A stretch of DNA of 64,000 nt from NCBI GenBank assembly GCA_049520075.1, contig JBEKQD010000002.1, positions 34,426 to 98,425 of the forward strand. The letters are read 5' to 3'. The translations under genes were made by a program, and so were the position numbers. A model generated the notes under the pieces. The model was not told the origin of the DNA. It saw nothing but the letters and a program-made list of their open reading frames with translations, and did not search any database. Positions 54,610 to 62,990 of this stretch are shown here, piece by piece (within the stretch, counting starts at the first letter, position 1; each line of letters opens with the position of its first letter). The DNA is from Terracidiphilus sp. GTDB lineage: Bacteria; Acidobacteriota; Terriglobia; Terriglobales; Acidobacteriaceae.

Positions 54610-55279
54610 TAGCGCGGAACACCATACATCGCCTGCTCCGGTCGCGCCGTTCATGTACCGAGACACCGGTGCCGATCCCTCGACCAACGCCGACGGAACT
54701 AAGCGGGCTCAAGCTCCCGCGGGGCAAGCTGGCCAGCAGGTAAAGCCAGGCAAATCGGCTCAGGAGATTGACGACCTCTTAAATCTTGCTCGTATTGAAG
54801 CAGTGGCCGAGACCGAAAAGCGGCTCAAAAAGCAATATGAAGCAAAGTCAGAAGCGGAAGCGGCAAAGATCCGACAGGCTCTGGAACTCTTTAAGGATGA
54901 AAGAAAAGACTACTTTTCACGGGTTGAGGCGCAAGTAGTTCACTTGGCCCTCGCCATCGCGACGAAAATACTGCATCGCGAGGCCCAGGTTGACCCCCTG
55001 TTGGTTGCGGCACTCGTCCGCGTCGCAGTAGATAAATTGCACAATGGATCGAGCGTGTCGGTCCGCGTTTCACCGAACACAGCGAACAATTGGCGCGATT
55101 ACCTGGCAAGTCCTCAGAACGGCTCGACCATCGCAATTGTAGAAGACGCTCATTTGGGCCCTGAGGATTGCATTCTCGAAACGGATTTAGGATCGGCTGA
55201 CTTCAGTATCGATGCACAGCTGAAAGAGGTTGAGCAAGGATTCTTTGATCTCCTGGCGCAGAGGCCGCCCGTCAAGTGA
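54590..55279 (+). CDS. fliH: flagellar assembly protein FliH
   Basis: Position between fliG and fliI. Central charged helix and LALAIATKILHREAQVDPLLVAALVRVAVDKL, typical of the FliH/type III stator family. Start uncertain. Confidence 0.7.
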   Translation: MKNFSFDSAEHHTSPAPVAPFMYRDTGADPSTNADGTKRAQAPAGQAGQQVKPGKSAQEIDDLLNLARIEAVAETEKRLKKQYEAKSEAEAAKIRQALELFKDERKDYFSRVEAQVVHLALAIATKILHREAQVDPLLVAALVRVAVDKLHNGSSVSVRVSPNTANNWRDYLASPQNGSTIAIVEDAHLGPEDCILETDLGSADFSIDAQLKEVEQGFFDLLAQRPPVK

Positions 55280-56586
55280 ACGCTGCTCAGCCGCTTGCCC
55301 CATATTTCGACCGCCTGGATCGAGGATCTACTCTTCGTTGGCGCGGACGTGTATTGCAGGTCGTAGGAAATCTGGTCGAGTCCGAGGGCCCTTTCTGTTC
55401 CGTCGGAGAGTCCTGCGAGATTACCAGCGCTAGCGGCAAGAAGTATTCCGGCCAGGTCGTCGGCTTCCGAGGATCGACCATGCTGTCTATGGCAGATCAG
55501 AATCCGCAAGGAATCCGATTCGGTGACCGAATCGTCGCCTGGGGGACTCGGCCATCGATTCGTGTGGGTAGCGACTTATTAGGTAGAGTGATTGATGCTA
55601 CCGGTGTGCCACTTGACTCGAAAGGTGAATATCGAGGCGAACGCGCAGTATGGGTGGATGGTTCGGCCCCGTTACCGCTTGATCGTGTACCCATTCGGGA
55701 ACCTCTCGGATGCGGGATAAGTGCTCTCGACGCTTTTGTCACCTGCGGACGTGGTCAGCGCATCGGTATTTTTGGAGGCAGTGGTGTCGGCAAGAGCACC
55801 TTGCTTGGCATGATGGCACGCGGGACAAGTGCCGATATGACGGTACTCGCTCTTGTGGGCGAGCGCGGCCGCGAGGTGGGAGAGTTTCTAGAGGTGATCG
55901 GCGATGAGGGAAGAAAACGTTGCGTCGTAGTTGTTTCCACCTCCGATCAATCCCCACTTCTGCGATTGCGCTGCGCCTTGTCTGCAACAGCCATTGCGGA
56001 GTACTTCGCAAGTCATGGCAAAAATGTTCTTCTGGTCGTCGATTCCCTCACCCGCTTCGCAATGGCCCAACGCGAAATTGGCCTGTCAGCCGGCGAACCG
56101 CCGACGGCAAAGGGCTACACGCCGTCAGTGCTTAACATGCTCGCCCGGCTGGTGGAACGAGCTGGTTGTTTCAAGACTGGCAGTATAACCGCTTTTTACA
56201 CCGTCCTGATGGAAGGTGACGATCAACAGGATCCAGTAGCGGACACAGTACGATCGTTGCTCGACGGACACATAATTCTCGACCGAAACCTGGCGATGAG
56301 GAACCACTACCCACCAATCTCAATACTCGAAAGCCTCAGCCGCCTTATGCCCAATGTAACTTCACAAGAACATATGCAGAAAGCCAAGGCTCTTCGCCTG
56401 TTGATGGCTTCCTACGCCCGTTCTGAGGACTTGATTCGCATAGGAGCCTATCAGAAAGGGGCCGATCCAACACTTGACCGCGCAGTCGAGATCCTGCCGC
56501 AGCTAAACTCGTTCCTGCACCAGCGTCCCGAAGAGATATTCGCCTTTCCAAACGTCGTCAAATCCCTGATTGAGATACCGAGCTGA
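55276..56586 (+). CDS. fliI: flagellum-specific ATPase FliI
   Basis: Walker A GGSGVGKSTLLGMMAR, Walker B LLVVDSLTRFA, F1/type-III ATPase fold. GTGA overlap with fliH. Confidence 0.95.
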   Translation: MNAAQPLAPYFDRLDRGSTLRWRGRVLQVVGNLVESEGPFCSVGESCEITSASGKKYSGQVVGFRGSTMLSMADQNPQGIRFGDRIVAWGTRPSIRVGSDLLGRVIDATGVPLDSKGEYRGERAVWVDGSAPLPLDRVPIREPLGCGISALDAFVTCGRGQRIGIFGGSGVGKSTLLGMMARGTSADMTVLALVGERGREVGEFLEVIGDEGRKRCVVVVSTSDQSPLLRLRCALSATAIAEYFASHGKNVLLVVDSLTRFAMAQREIGLSAGEPPTAKGYTPSVLNMLARLVERAGCFKTGSITAFYTVLMEGDDQQDPVADTVRSLLDGHIILDRNLAMRNHYPPISILESLSRLMPNVTSQEHMQKAKALRLLMASYARSEDLIRIGAYQKGADPTLDRAVEILPQLNSFLHQRPEEIFAFPNVVKSLIEIPS

Positions 56587-56587
56587 T

Positions 56588-57025
56588 ATGGCCTTTCGCT
56601 TTTCATTGGGTTCAGTGCTTCGTGTTCGCGGAATTGTTGAAGAACGCGAAGAACGCATGTTGCAATCAATACAGCTCGAGCTTTCGCGGGCCCAGGAGAG
56701 CCTGGTGCGTACCGAAGCCGAGCTTGAGCGCTCGGATGCCTCCCGTCAAGCTCAAATCTTCAAGCCCTTCCTGGCACACAATCTTCATGCCTCTTACGGA
56801 GAGGTAAAGCAGCTCAAGGAAAGCCGCGAGATCCTCGTAGACCGGATAGAGAAGCTAAAGCAACTGCGAGACAGGCAACTCGTTGTTTATCAACAGGCGC
56901 GGCGGAATCGTGAGATGCTCACAGATATGCGTGAAGAGAAACTGAGCGTGTACGAGTCAGATGTTGCTCGCGGTGAGCAGAAGACACTTGATGACAACTA
57001 CATTGCTCGGCGAGGACGCGTCTGA
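56588..57025 (+). CDS. fliJ: flagellar export chaperone FliJ
   Basis: 145-aa all-helical coiled-coil protein (MAFRFSLGSVLRVRGIVEEREERML...) immediately after fliI. Confidence 0.75.
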   Translation: MAFRFSLGSVLRVRGIVEEREERMLQSIQLELSRAQESLVRTEAELERSDASRQAQIFKPFLAHNLHASYGEVKQLKESREILVDRIEKLKQLRDRQLVVYQQARRNREMLTDMREEKLSVYESDVARGEQKTLDDNYIARRGRV

Positions 57026-57139
57026 TCCTCGCAATACACACTTTCCTTCCCTTCTTCCACCGCACATCTGGCTTCCACCGTTTTGTTCAGTCGCCGCTAA
57101 CCATAACCAATGCGTCCTACACGTATGCTTCCAGTCTGC

Positions 57140-57155
57140 TGGCTGTGTTCTTGCC
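57140..57155 (+). promoter_or_regulatory. sigma-54 promoter-like element (GG-N10-GC) in the fliJ-fliK gap
   Basis: TGGCTGTGTTCTTGCC versus consensus TGGCACG-N4-TTGC (TGGC and TTGC both present, correct spacing). About 275 nt upstream of the fliK start. Confidence 0.35.
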
Positions 57156-57430
57156 AAAGGCTCGAACTCACCCCCGCCGCGTCCATCTCATTGCCAGTGT
57201 GACCAACCCCGCTAGTCATCACAGAATCATGCTGTACGCCGTAATTGGATCACCGGAATTCGTCGCAACCCGGCATTTTTTGCCTAAGCGTGATCCGGCA
57301 AGTCTTGCCTGCTTTGTCCTGAATGCCAAGCCGCGCTTGAAGAGCCGACTCCTATACTGCTGATTTCAATGAAGCAAGCGACCTCGTCCTGAGGCGCTCC
57401 ATTTGGCCCGACAGATGCACTTATATCCGC

Positions 57431-59932
57431 GTGAACCTGAGAGCCAATATCGAAATGTCCATCCCGGCGCCAGTACCAACTAGCGGCTCGACGACGCAAG
57501 CATCCGATCAATCTTCAGTTTCATTCAACGACTCATTGCTCACTGCATCCAAGGCATATTCCGAAGTCGGCAGCGCGGCCAGTGCCGGCCCCAAGGCCAC
57601 GTTCCAGACGAAACCTGCTTCTGAAGATGCGAAGACGTCCGAGGCAGTTCCCGCTAGCACTACGATTCAATCGCCTGTCGTAACTCAGTTGACCGGGTCG
57701 CAACAGCAAGCCTTACCGACGCAGCAGGCGCAATTGGCGAGTGCTGCTAATTCCCCGACAGAGCTATCTCTCGCTGAGCCCAGCGCGTTTTCAGATGCGG
57801 CAACAACTGTGCTCGGCCAGTTGAACGGCAATTCCAAAGCGGGATGGACTGCGGGAACCAAATCAACCATCGCTCAGTCAGGCGTCGTCAAGTCGACCGG
57901 CAATCTTTCGAAAAACTCTCAGTCGGGTAGCACTCATTTGGCATCGGTGCCGATATCGTCAAGCTCCACAATTGAATCCGTTAAGCCCCTACCAGTGGCC
58001 CCATCAACGACAGGCAACAGCGTCACCGATGGACTAGCGACTGCATCCTCCATCGCTGATCGGAGCGTGATTCAGGATTCCTTGCCGAACGGCAACTCTG
58101 AAGAATCAGCGAATTCTCTCCCGCTGTCCGCCTTGAACTCAGTTGCCAGTGTTGCGCCAAACGCCTCTCCAAACGCTGGGTCGAACACAATTCGGACTGG
58201 GGCTTCGGATGCCCAATCCAATGCAACAACCAACGGAATTCAGATTCCCCTGTTTAATGTAGCTGCGAATGTTGCGCCAAACTCCACTTCGAATCAGCTC
58301 CTGAACCAATTTCAGACTGCAAATTCGGATGCCCAATCCAATGCAACAAGCAATGGAGTTCAAAATCCCCCGCCGAACGCACTGCCTGAAAAAGCGGAGA
58401 ATTCGTCCACACAATCAGCCCTGAATGCAGCGCTAAACGCTTCCAACAATGCAGTCCAGAACCCAGTTCAAATCGTTGGCCCGGATCCCCAATCCAACAC
58501 AGTGCCGAACGCAATACCGAGTCCCATGCCAAACGCGGTCCCTGTCGAAGCACAGAATTCGCTTTCTCAATCAGCCCTGAACGCATTTGCGAGCGTCGCG
58601 CCAATCGCATCTTCGATTGCAGCGTCGAACCAGGCTCCGGTTGCGGCCTCGACCGCAGCTTCAAACGAATTGCAGACTTCATTATTGAAAAGTGCTCTGA
58701 AAGCATTCGCCAGCATCATTCCGAATGGGCTCACAAATGCGGCGCCAAATGCAGCCGCACATGCGATGGCCAATAATGGCCTAAACCCAGATATGAGTGA
58801 TGTTCACAATGCGGTTGCGAATACTGTTCACAATGAAGTTCCGAGTGTTGCCGTCAACGCAGCCACAACCACTCCATTGAACGCTGACTCAACCTCAATC
58901 GCACATGCTGCGCAGCCTGCATTAACAAAGGACGGCGCGGGGCAGGTGGCTAGCTCAGTTTCGAAGAATCCGTCAATTACTCCGGTGGCTTCGCCTGACC
59001 AGACCATGCCGGCAACCAGCCCCAGCGTTCCCGAGACCGTTACCGCTCAGCCTGCCGCGCAGAACCTGTTCACAGACGGATCGCCGGTTGCGAGTCAGTC
59101 GGGCCTAACGGGACTGAACTCTACCTCCGCAGCGAAGCTATCGGCCGTTTCCTCCGCCAATGGCAAGGCTGGATCGACAGATGATGCCGACGAGGCCACA
59201 GAACTGAAGCAACATGCACCGTCAAATCTGTCGACCTTCCAGTCAAACAATCAAGAGGCGACCGGGTCAGCCAATCAGAGCCAAGTCAGCACGTCGTCGC
59301 AGGCTCAAGGGACGCCCGCGTCTCTGGCAAACTTTTCAAGTCACGCAGTTGTAGACTCTACGCACGCCCAGAGCGCGACCATCACCTCGCCGGTGCAGAA
59401 TTCTCCAACGCCAGGCGGCAACGCTGGTCATGCCTCCTCTACGCCAAACACAGCTGCTCCCGCTGCGACCGCTGCTCCGCAAGCATCGCCGGTTGTCAAT
59501 ACAGCCAGGCTCATCCAGAATGTGGGTCAGTCCGAGATGCGGGTTGGCATGCGGTCAAACGAATTCGGCAATATCTCCATCAGCACTTCAGCGACGCGGG
59601 ACTCGGTGTCTGCGCAGATTTCGCTTGATCACGGCGAACTAGCCAAGACACTCACGGCGCATTTGCCGGAAATCCAGGCCAAGCTAAGCACCAACCAGTC
59701 GGTGGATGTGCGCATCGATACGAACGGGGCTAGAGGAGGGCTGGGGGCAGGAACGTCCGGCACCTTTTCAGATGGCGCAACCAGCGATTCTCGCGGGAGC
59801 AGGCAGCAAGCGGGAAATGCAGCTTCAAGCTATTCAGGCAACGGGTTTTCGAACCAACAGTTTTCACCCGCTGCATCGACCGTGACAACAGGCGAAGGTG
59901 GGCTTAGCGCCCGTCTCGACATCAGAGTTTAA
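57431..59932 (+). CDS. fliK: flagellar hook-length control protein FliK (unusually long, 833 aa)
   Basis: C-terminal Flg_hook-type domain (EMRVGMRSNEFGNISISTSATRDSVSAQISLDHGELAKTLTAHLPEIQAKL). The preceding ~650 aa are S/A/N/P/T/Q-rich and low complexity, with ~40-aa repeats. GTG 57431 is the first start after the in-frame TGA at 57338. Confidence 0.8.
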   Translation: MNLRANIEMSIPAPVPTSGSTTQASDQSSVSFNDSLLTASKAYSEVGSAASAGPKATFQTKPASEDAKTSEAVPASTTIQSPVVTQLTGSQQQALPTQQAQLASAANSPTELSLAEPSAFSDAATTVLGQLNGNSKAGWTAGTKSTIAQSGVVKSTGNLSKNSQSGSTHLASVPISSSSTIESVKPLPVAPSTTGNSVTDGLATASSIADRSVIQDSLPNGNSEESANSLPLSALNSVASVAPNASPNAGSNTIRTGASDAQSNATTNGIQIPLFNVAANVAPNSTSNQLLNQFQTANSDAQSNATSNGVQNPPPNALPEKAENSSTQSALNAALNASNNAVQNPVQIVGPDPQSNTVPNAIPSPMPNAVPVEAQNSLSQSALNAFASVAPIASSIAASNQAPVAASTAASNELQTSLLKSALKAFASIIPNGLTNAAPNAAAHAMANNGLNPDMSDVHNAVANTVHNEVPSVAVNAATTTPLNADSTSIAHAAQPALTKDGAGQVASSVSKNPSITPVASPDQTMPATSPSVPETVTAQPAAQNLFTDGSPVASQSGLTGLNSTSAAKLSAVSSANGKAGSTDDADEATELKQHAPSNLSTFQSNNQEATGSANQSQVSTSSQAQGTPASLANFSSHAVVDSTHAQSATITSPVQNSPTPGGNAGHASSTPNTAAPAATAAPQASPVVNTARLIQNVGQSEMRVGMRSNEFGNISISTSATRDSVSAQISLDHGELAKTLTAHLPEIQAKLSTNQSVDVRIDTNGARGGLGAGTSGTFSDGATSDSRGSRQQAGNAASSYSGNGFSNQQFSPAASTVTTGEGGLSARLDIRV
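58204..58349 (+). repeat. intragenic ~120-nt (40-codon) repeat inside fliK
   Basis: Identical 26-mer TTCGGATGCCCAATCCAATGCAACAA at 58204-58229 and 58324-58349. Peptide units SDAQSNAT(T/S)NG(I/V)Q..P, with further degenerate copies downstream (PDPQSNTVPNAIPSP). Confidence 0.85.
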
Positions 59933-59970
59933 GTAAGGTCTAAGGACCAGGAACTTGAGGGGGAACCACA

Positions 59971-60528
59971 ATGCACAATGCTTTAGCGAACTACACCATG
60001 CCGACAATATTGAACTCGCTCACTCCGACTGCCAGTAATGGAACCCAAAGGTCTGCGAATCCTCGGGCCAGTGCCGCCAACGCAACAAACACAAGCAGCT
60101 CGACCTCAAGCAGCAGTGGCGCTGGTGGCCTGAGCACCACTTTCCTGACTCTCTTGGCGCAGGAGTTGCAGAATCAGGATCCCACTGCTCCCGTGGATCC
60201 AACAGCGATGGTCGGTCAGATGATCTCGCTGAACCAATTGGAACAGCTCATCACCATTAATCAGACGCTATCTGGGTCCACAGCCTCGGCTTCCGGCACA
60301 GCAGCAGCGAGGGCGGCAGCCGGTGTCGCCGCATTCGACCCAACTGCCAGCGCGCTATCGCCTTCAACGGCCGGTGCGGCAACCAGCCAACTTCCGTTCG
60401 ACCCGAATACGATGATGCCCATAGGTTCCGGCAACAACGGCGCTCTGGCGGCCTCGATTAACAATTCTCTTAATGCCGGAACGATGAACACTTCCGGCAC
60501 CAACAACAATACCTCAGGAGGCAAGTAA
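59971..60528 (+). CDS. flgD: flagellar hook capping/assembly protein FlgD (short form)
   Basis: TFLTLLAQELQNQDPTAPVDPTAMVGQMISLNQLEQL is the FlgD N-terminal domain. The remaining 85 aa are low-complexity A/S/T/N/G. TAATG overlap with flgE. Confidence 0.8.
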   Translation: MHNALANYTMPTILNSLTPTASNGTQRSANPRASAANATNTSSSTSSSSGAGGLSTTFLTLLAQELQNQDPTAPVDPTAMVGQMISLNQLEQLITINQTLSGSTASASGTAAARAAAGVAAFDPTASALSPSTAGAATSQLPFDPNTMMPIGSGNNGALAASINNSLNAGTMNTSGTNNNTSGGK

Positions 60529-61811
60529 TGGGATCTTTCTCAACACCACTCTCTGGACTCGTGGCGGCCCAAGGCCAGCTGCAATCCGTCTCCAATAATC
60601 TGGCCAACATCGATACCGATGGCTACAAAGACCAGACTTTAACCTTCAACGATATCTATACCCTGGCTGGTGAAACCAATGGTGCCGGCGACCCGATTCA
60701 GACCGGCTCTGGCGTCGCAGTTTCCTCCACGACCTCCAATTTCACAGAGGGAAATCTGAACGCAACTGGCACCTCGTCCAATATGGCCATCTCTGGAAAT
60801 GGGTTCTTTGTCACCCAGGCCCCCGGTGGCTTGCCGAATTACACCCGCGCTGGCGACTTCACCACGAACAACGCCGGACAACTCACCACACCAAATGGAG
60901 AACTGGTTCTCGGATATCCAGCTGTTCTCGGAGTGGTCAATCCCGGGGCGACTTTGCAGCCGTTGCAGGTTGGCAGTGGCGTAACGATCCCCGCTCAAGT
61001 GAGTACTACGATTGGGATTACCGCCAATCTCAATTCCAACACCGGCGCTGGTGGCACGGCTCCCAGCAGCACGCTCTCGGCGTACGACTCGTTGGGGCAG
61101 TCCCATACTCTCACGGTTTCCTACACCATGACTGCGCCAAATACCTGGAACTACACAGTCACCGTGCCATCGGCCGATTTAACCGGCGCCACGGGCACCA
61201 ACTGGACCGTAGGGTCAGGCACGCTGAACTTCAACAGCACAGGCACCTTGGCTTCGATTACCAATGTTGTACCCATCAGCCTTGGTGGTGCTGGCAGCGC
61301 GGGCCCGCCCATCGTCCCCGCTACATCTTTAGCCGATGGCGCAACCTCCCCGCAGACGCTCACCGGGCCCTTTGGTACGGTAGCCAATCCAACCATCACC
61401 CAGACCGCAGCGCCTAGCGCGACGAGTGCCACCACGACGAATGGTTTCGCCAGCGGCACGCTTTCGACCTACAGTGTTCAGCCGGATGGCACCATCGAGG
61501 GTACCTTTACCAGTGGCAACACGATGGCGCTGGGACAGGTCGCCGTGGCATCCTTTGCTAACAGCGAGGGGCTGGCCAGCATCGGCAACAATAACTACCA
61601 ACCAACTCAGGCTTCCGGTGCGGCTGTGATAGGGGCGGCCGGAACGGGAGGACGCGGCACCATTGTAGGGGGCAACGTTGAGCAGTCAAACGTGGATATA
61701 GCTGCTGAGTTTGCCAAGTTGATCGTGGCCCAGCAAGCTTACTCGGCCAATGCTAAGTCGATTACCGCGTTCAACCAGGTCTCACAGGCCACAATTGCAA
61801 TGCTCCAATAA
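60528..61811 (+). CDS. flgE: flagellar hook protein FlgE
   Basis: MGSFSTPLSGLVAAQGQLQSVSNNLANIDTDGYK and C-terminal VEQSNVDIAAEFAKLIVAQQAYSANAKSITAFNQV are the hook/rod family termini. Confidence 0.9.
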   Translation: MGSFSTPLSGLVAAQGQLQSVSNNLANIDTDGYKDQTLTFNDIYTLAGETNGAGDPIQTGSGVAVSSTTSNFTEGNLNATGTSSNMAISGNGFFVTQAPGGLPNYTRAGDFTTNNAGQLTTPNGELVLGYPAVLGVVNPGATLQPLQVGSGVTIPAQVSTTIGITANLNSNTGAGGTAPSSTLSAYDSLGQSHTLTVSYTMTAPNTWNYTVTVPSADLTGATGTNWTVGSGTLNFNSTGTLASITNVVPISLGGAGSAGPPIVPATSLADGATSPQTLTGPFGTVANPTITQTAAPSATSATTTNGFASGTLSTYSVQPDGTIEGTFTSGNTMALGQVAVASFANSEGLASIGNNNYQPTQASGAAVIGAAGTGGRGTIVGGNVEQSNVDIAAEFAKLIVAQQAYSANAKSITAFNQVSQATIAMLQ

Positions 61812-61849
61812 ACCGGATCACCTCTGGATTCTTAGCGATGAATTAGGGA

Positions 61850-61881
61850 CTGGCCGTTAAGCAAATTTGCTGGACGGCCAG
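61850..61881 (+). terminator. strong hairpin after flgE (possible terminator or processing site, no U-tract)
   Basis: CTGGCCGT-TA-AGCAAATTTGCT-GG-ACGGCCAG. Outer 8-bp stem plus inner palindrome, 39 nt after the flgE stop; followed by GCCTGACACTC rather than a T-run. Confidence 0.4.
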
Positions 61882-62094
61882 GCCTGACACTCATCGGTGC
61901 CTCTCATATCTATCTCACGAAGTCGTTGCGATCTCCTGTCTGCGGTTCCGGCCGGCAAATTGTCGGCGCGACATCTATTTCGAGTTTCGCCTTATTGTTC
62001 TGCCACTTAGCGCTCTTGCCTTGCATCCTGCAAGCGCATTGCCCACCCAACTTTCCAGAACGGTCTCTCGATTGCATTGAAGCCTATCGAAGGG

Positions 62095-62119
62095 CTGATT
62101 CGCGTGACATGCGAATCAG
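62095..62119 (+). other. perfect 9-bp stem-loop in the fliN leader
   Basis: CTGATTCGC-gtgacat-GCGAATCAG (62095-62103 / 62111-62119), 81 nt upstream of the preferred fliN ATG. Confidence 0.5.
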
Positions 62120-62199
62120 CAATCCATGTTCTTGGCCTCAAAGAGTCAGAGCTCGCACGGATTCGCATCGTGGACTTGAAAGTAAGAGCAAAGGAATCA

Positions 62200-62514
62200 A
62201 TGAACAAGGCAATTGTCACTTCGACGCCGCTGATCGAAGAGAAGTCTGTGCAAGGGCCACAGTTGGTGGAAAAGCCCCACGATCCGGACCCGTGCGAGCT
62301 TCTGCCTTGGCTCCCATGCACGCTTGCGCTAGATCTTCCGGTTGTAAAGTTCACGGTCGGCGACCTGCTGAGCCTCGCCAATGGCTCTACTGTCGAGACT
62401 GCATACCACCAGAGCAGCGACCTCCCTCTTCGCGTAAATGGACAACTGGTCGGATGGACTGAATTCGAGGTTGTTGGCGAACGCCTCGCAGTGCGATTGA
62501 CGGACCTCTCATGA
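62200..62514 (+). CDS. fliN: flagellar motor switch protein FliN
   Basis: SpoA-type C-terminal domain LDLPVVKFTVGDLLSLANGSTVETAYHQSSDLPLRVNGQLVGWTEFEVVGERLAVRLTDL. ATG 62200 with AAGGAA upstream is preferred over the TTG at 62077. Confidence 0.8.
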   Translation: MNKAIVTSTPLIEEKSVQGPQLVEKPHDPDPCELLPWLPCTLALDLPVVKFTVGDLLSLANGSTVETAYHQSSDLPLRVNGQLVGWTEFEVVGERLAVRLTDLS

Positions 62515-62990
62515 AAATTCAAGACCTTGGCAGTTCGATTTATGAACGTAATTCAGCGCGAGCGCTTTCGTTTTCTCCCCGGAAAGCCTCGCTGAGACCT
62601 TTTCAGAACTCTGAGGGGCTGCTTTCCCGCGCTTGGAATTGGATTCGCGCGCGACAAGCATCTCGAACCAGTGCCAGACGGCTGCAGGTAGCAACAACGG
62701 TTTCTCTCGGTGAGAAGCGCTTTTTGGCCGTGATCCAGGTGGATGGGGCTCAATTCCTTATAGGGGGCGGGGCTACCAACGTCACGCTGCTGGCACAACT
62801 GCACAAGGAAGAATCCTTCGGGGGCCTATTGAACGAAACGATAACTTCCCCCAGGAAACGGCCAGTGGCGCGATTGAAAAAGCAAAACATCAGGCCGGTA
62901 GCAAAGCAGGCAACGGAACAGCAGTCAGCGAAGCGATCGAGAAAACAGGACATTAAGCCAACAACAAAGCGGACAAAGGAAAAGGCGTGA
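62511..62990 (+). CDS. fliO: FliO/FliZ-like flagellar biosynthesis protein
   Basis: RLQVATTVSLGEKRFLAVIQVDGAQFLIGGGATNVTLLAQL fits the FliO core, and the gene sits between fliN and fliP. No obvious N-terminal TM helix. ATGA overlap with fliN. Confidence 0.6.
   Translation: MKIQDLGSSIYERNSARALSFSPRKASLRPFQNSEGLLSRAWNWIRARQASRTSARRLQVATTVSLGEKRFLAVIQVDGAQFLIGGGATNVTLLAQLHKEESFGGLLNETITSPRKRPVARLKKQNIRPVAKQATEQQSAKRSRKQDIKPTTKRTKEKA

Noticed and set aside
57145-57363. 72-aa plus-strand ORF in the fliJ-fliK gap
   Set aside because: No RBS, the start overlaps the sigma-54-like element, and it has no flagellar protein features.
62077-62199. TTG-initiated N-terminal extension of FliN (145-aa form)
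   Set aside because: The extension contains a perfect 9-bp hairpin, has no SD sequence, and adds non-conserved sequence. ATG 62200 has AAGGAA upstream. It is kept as an alternative only.
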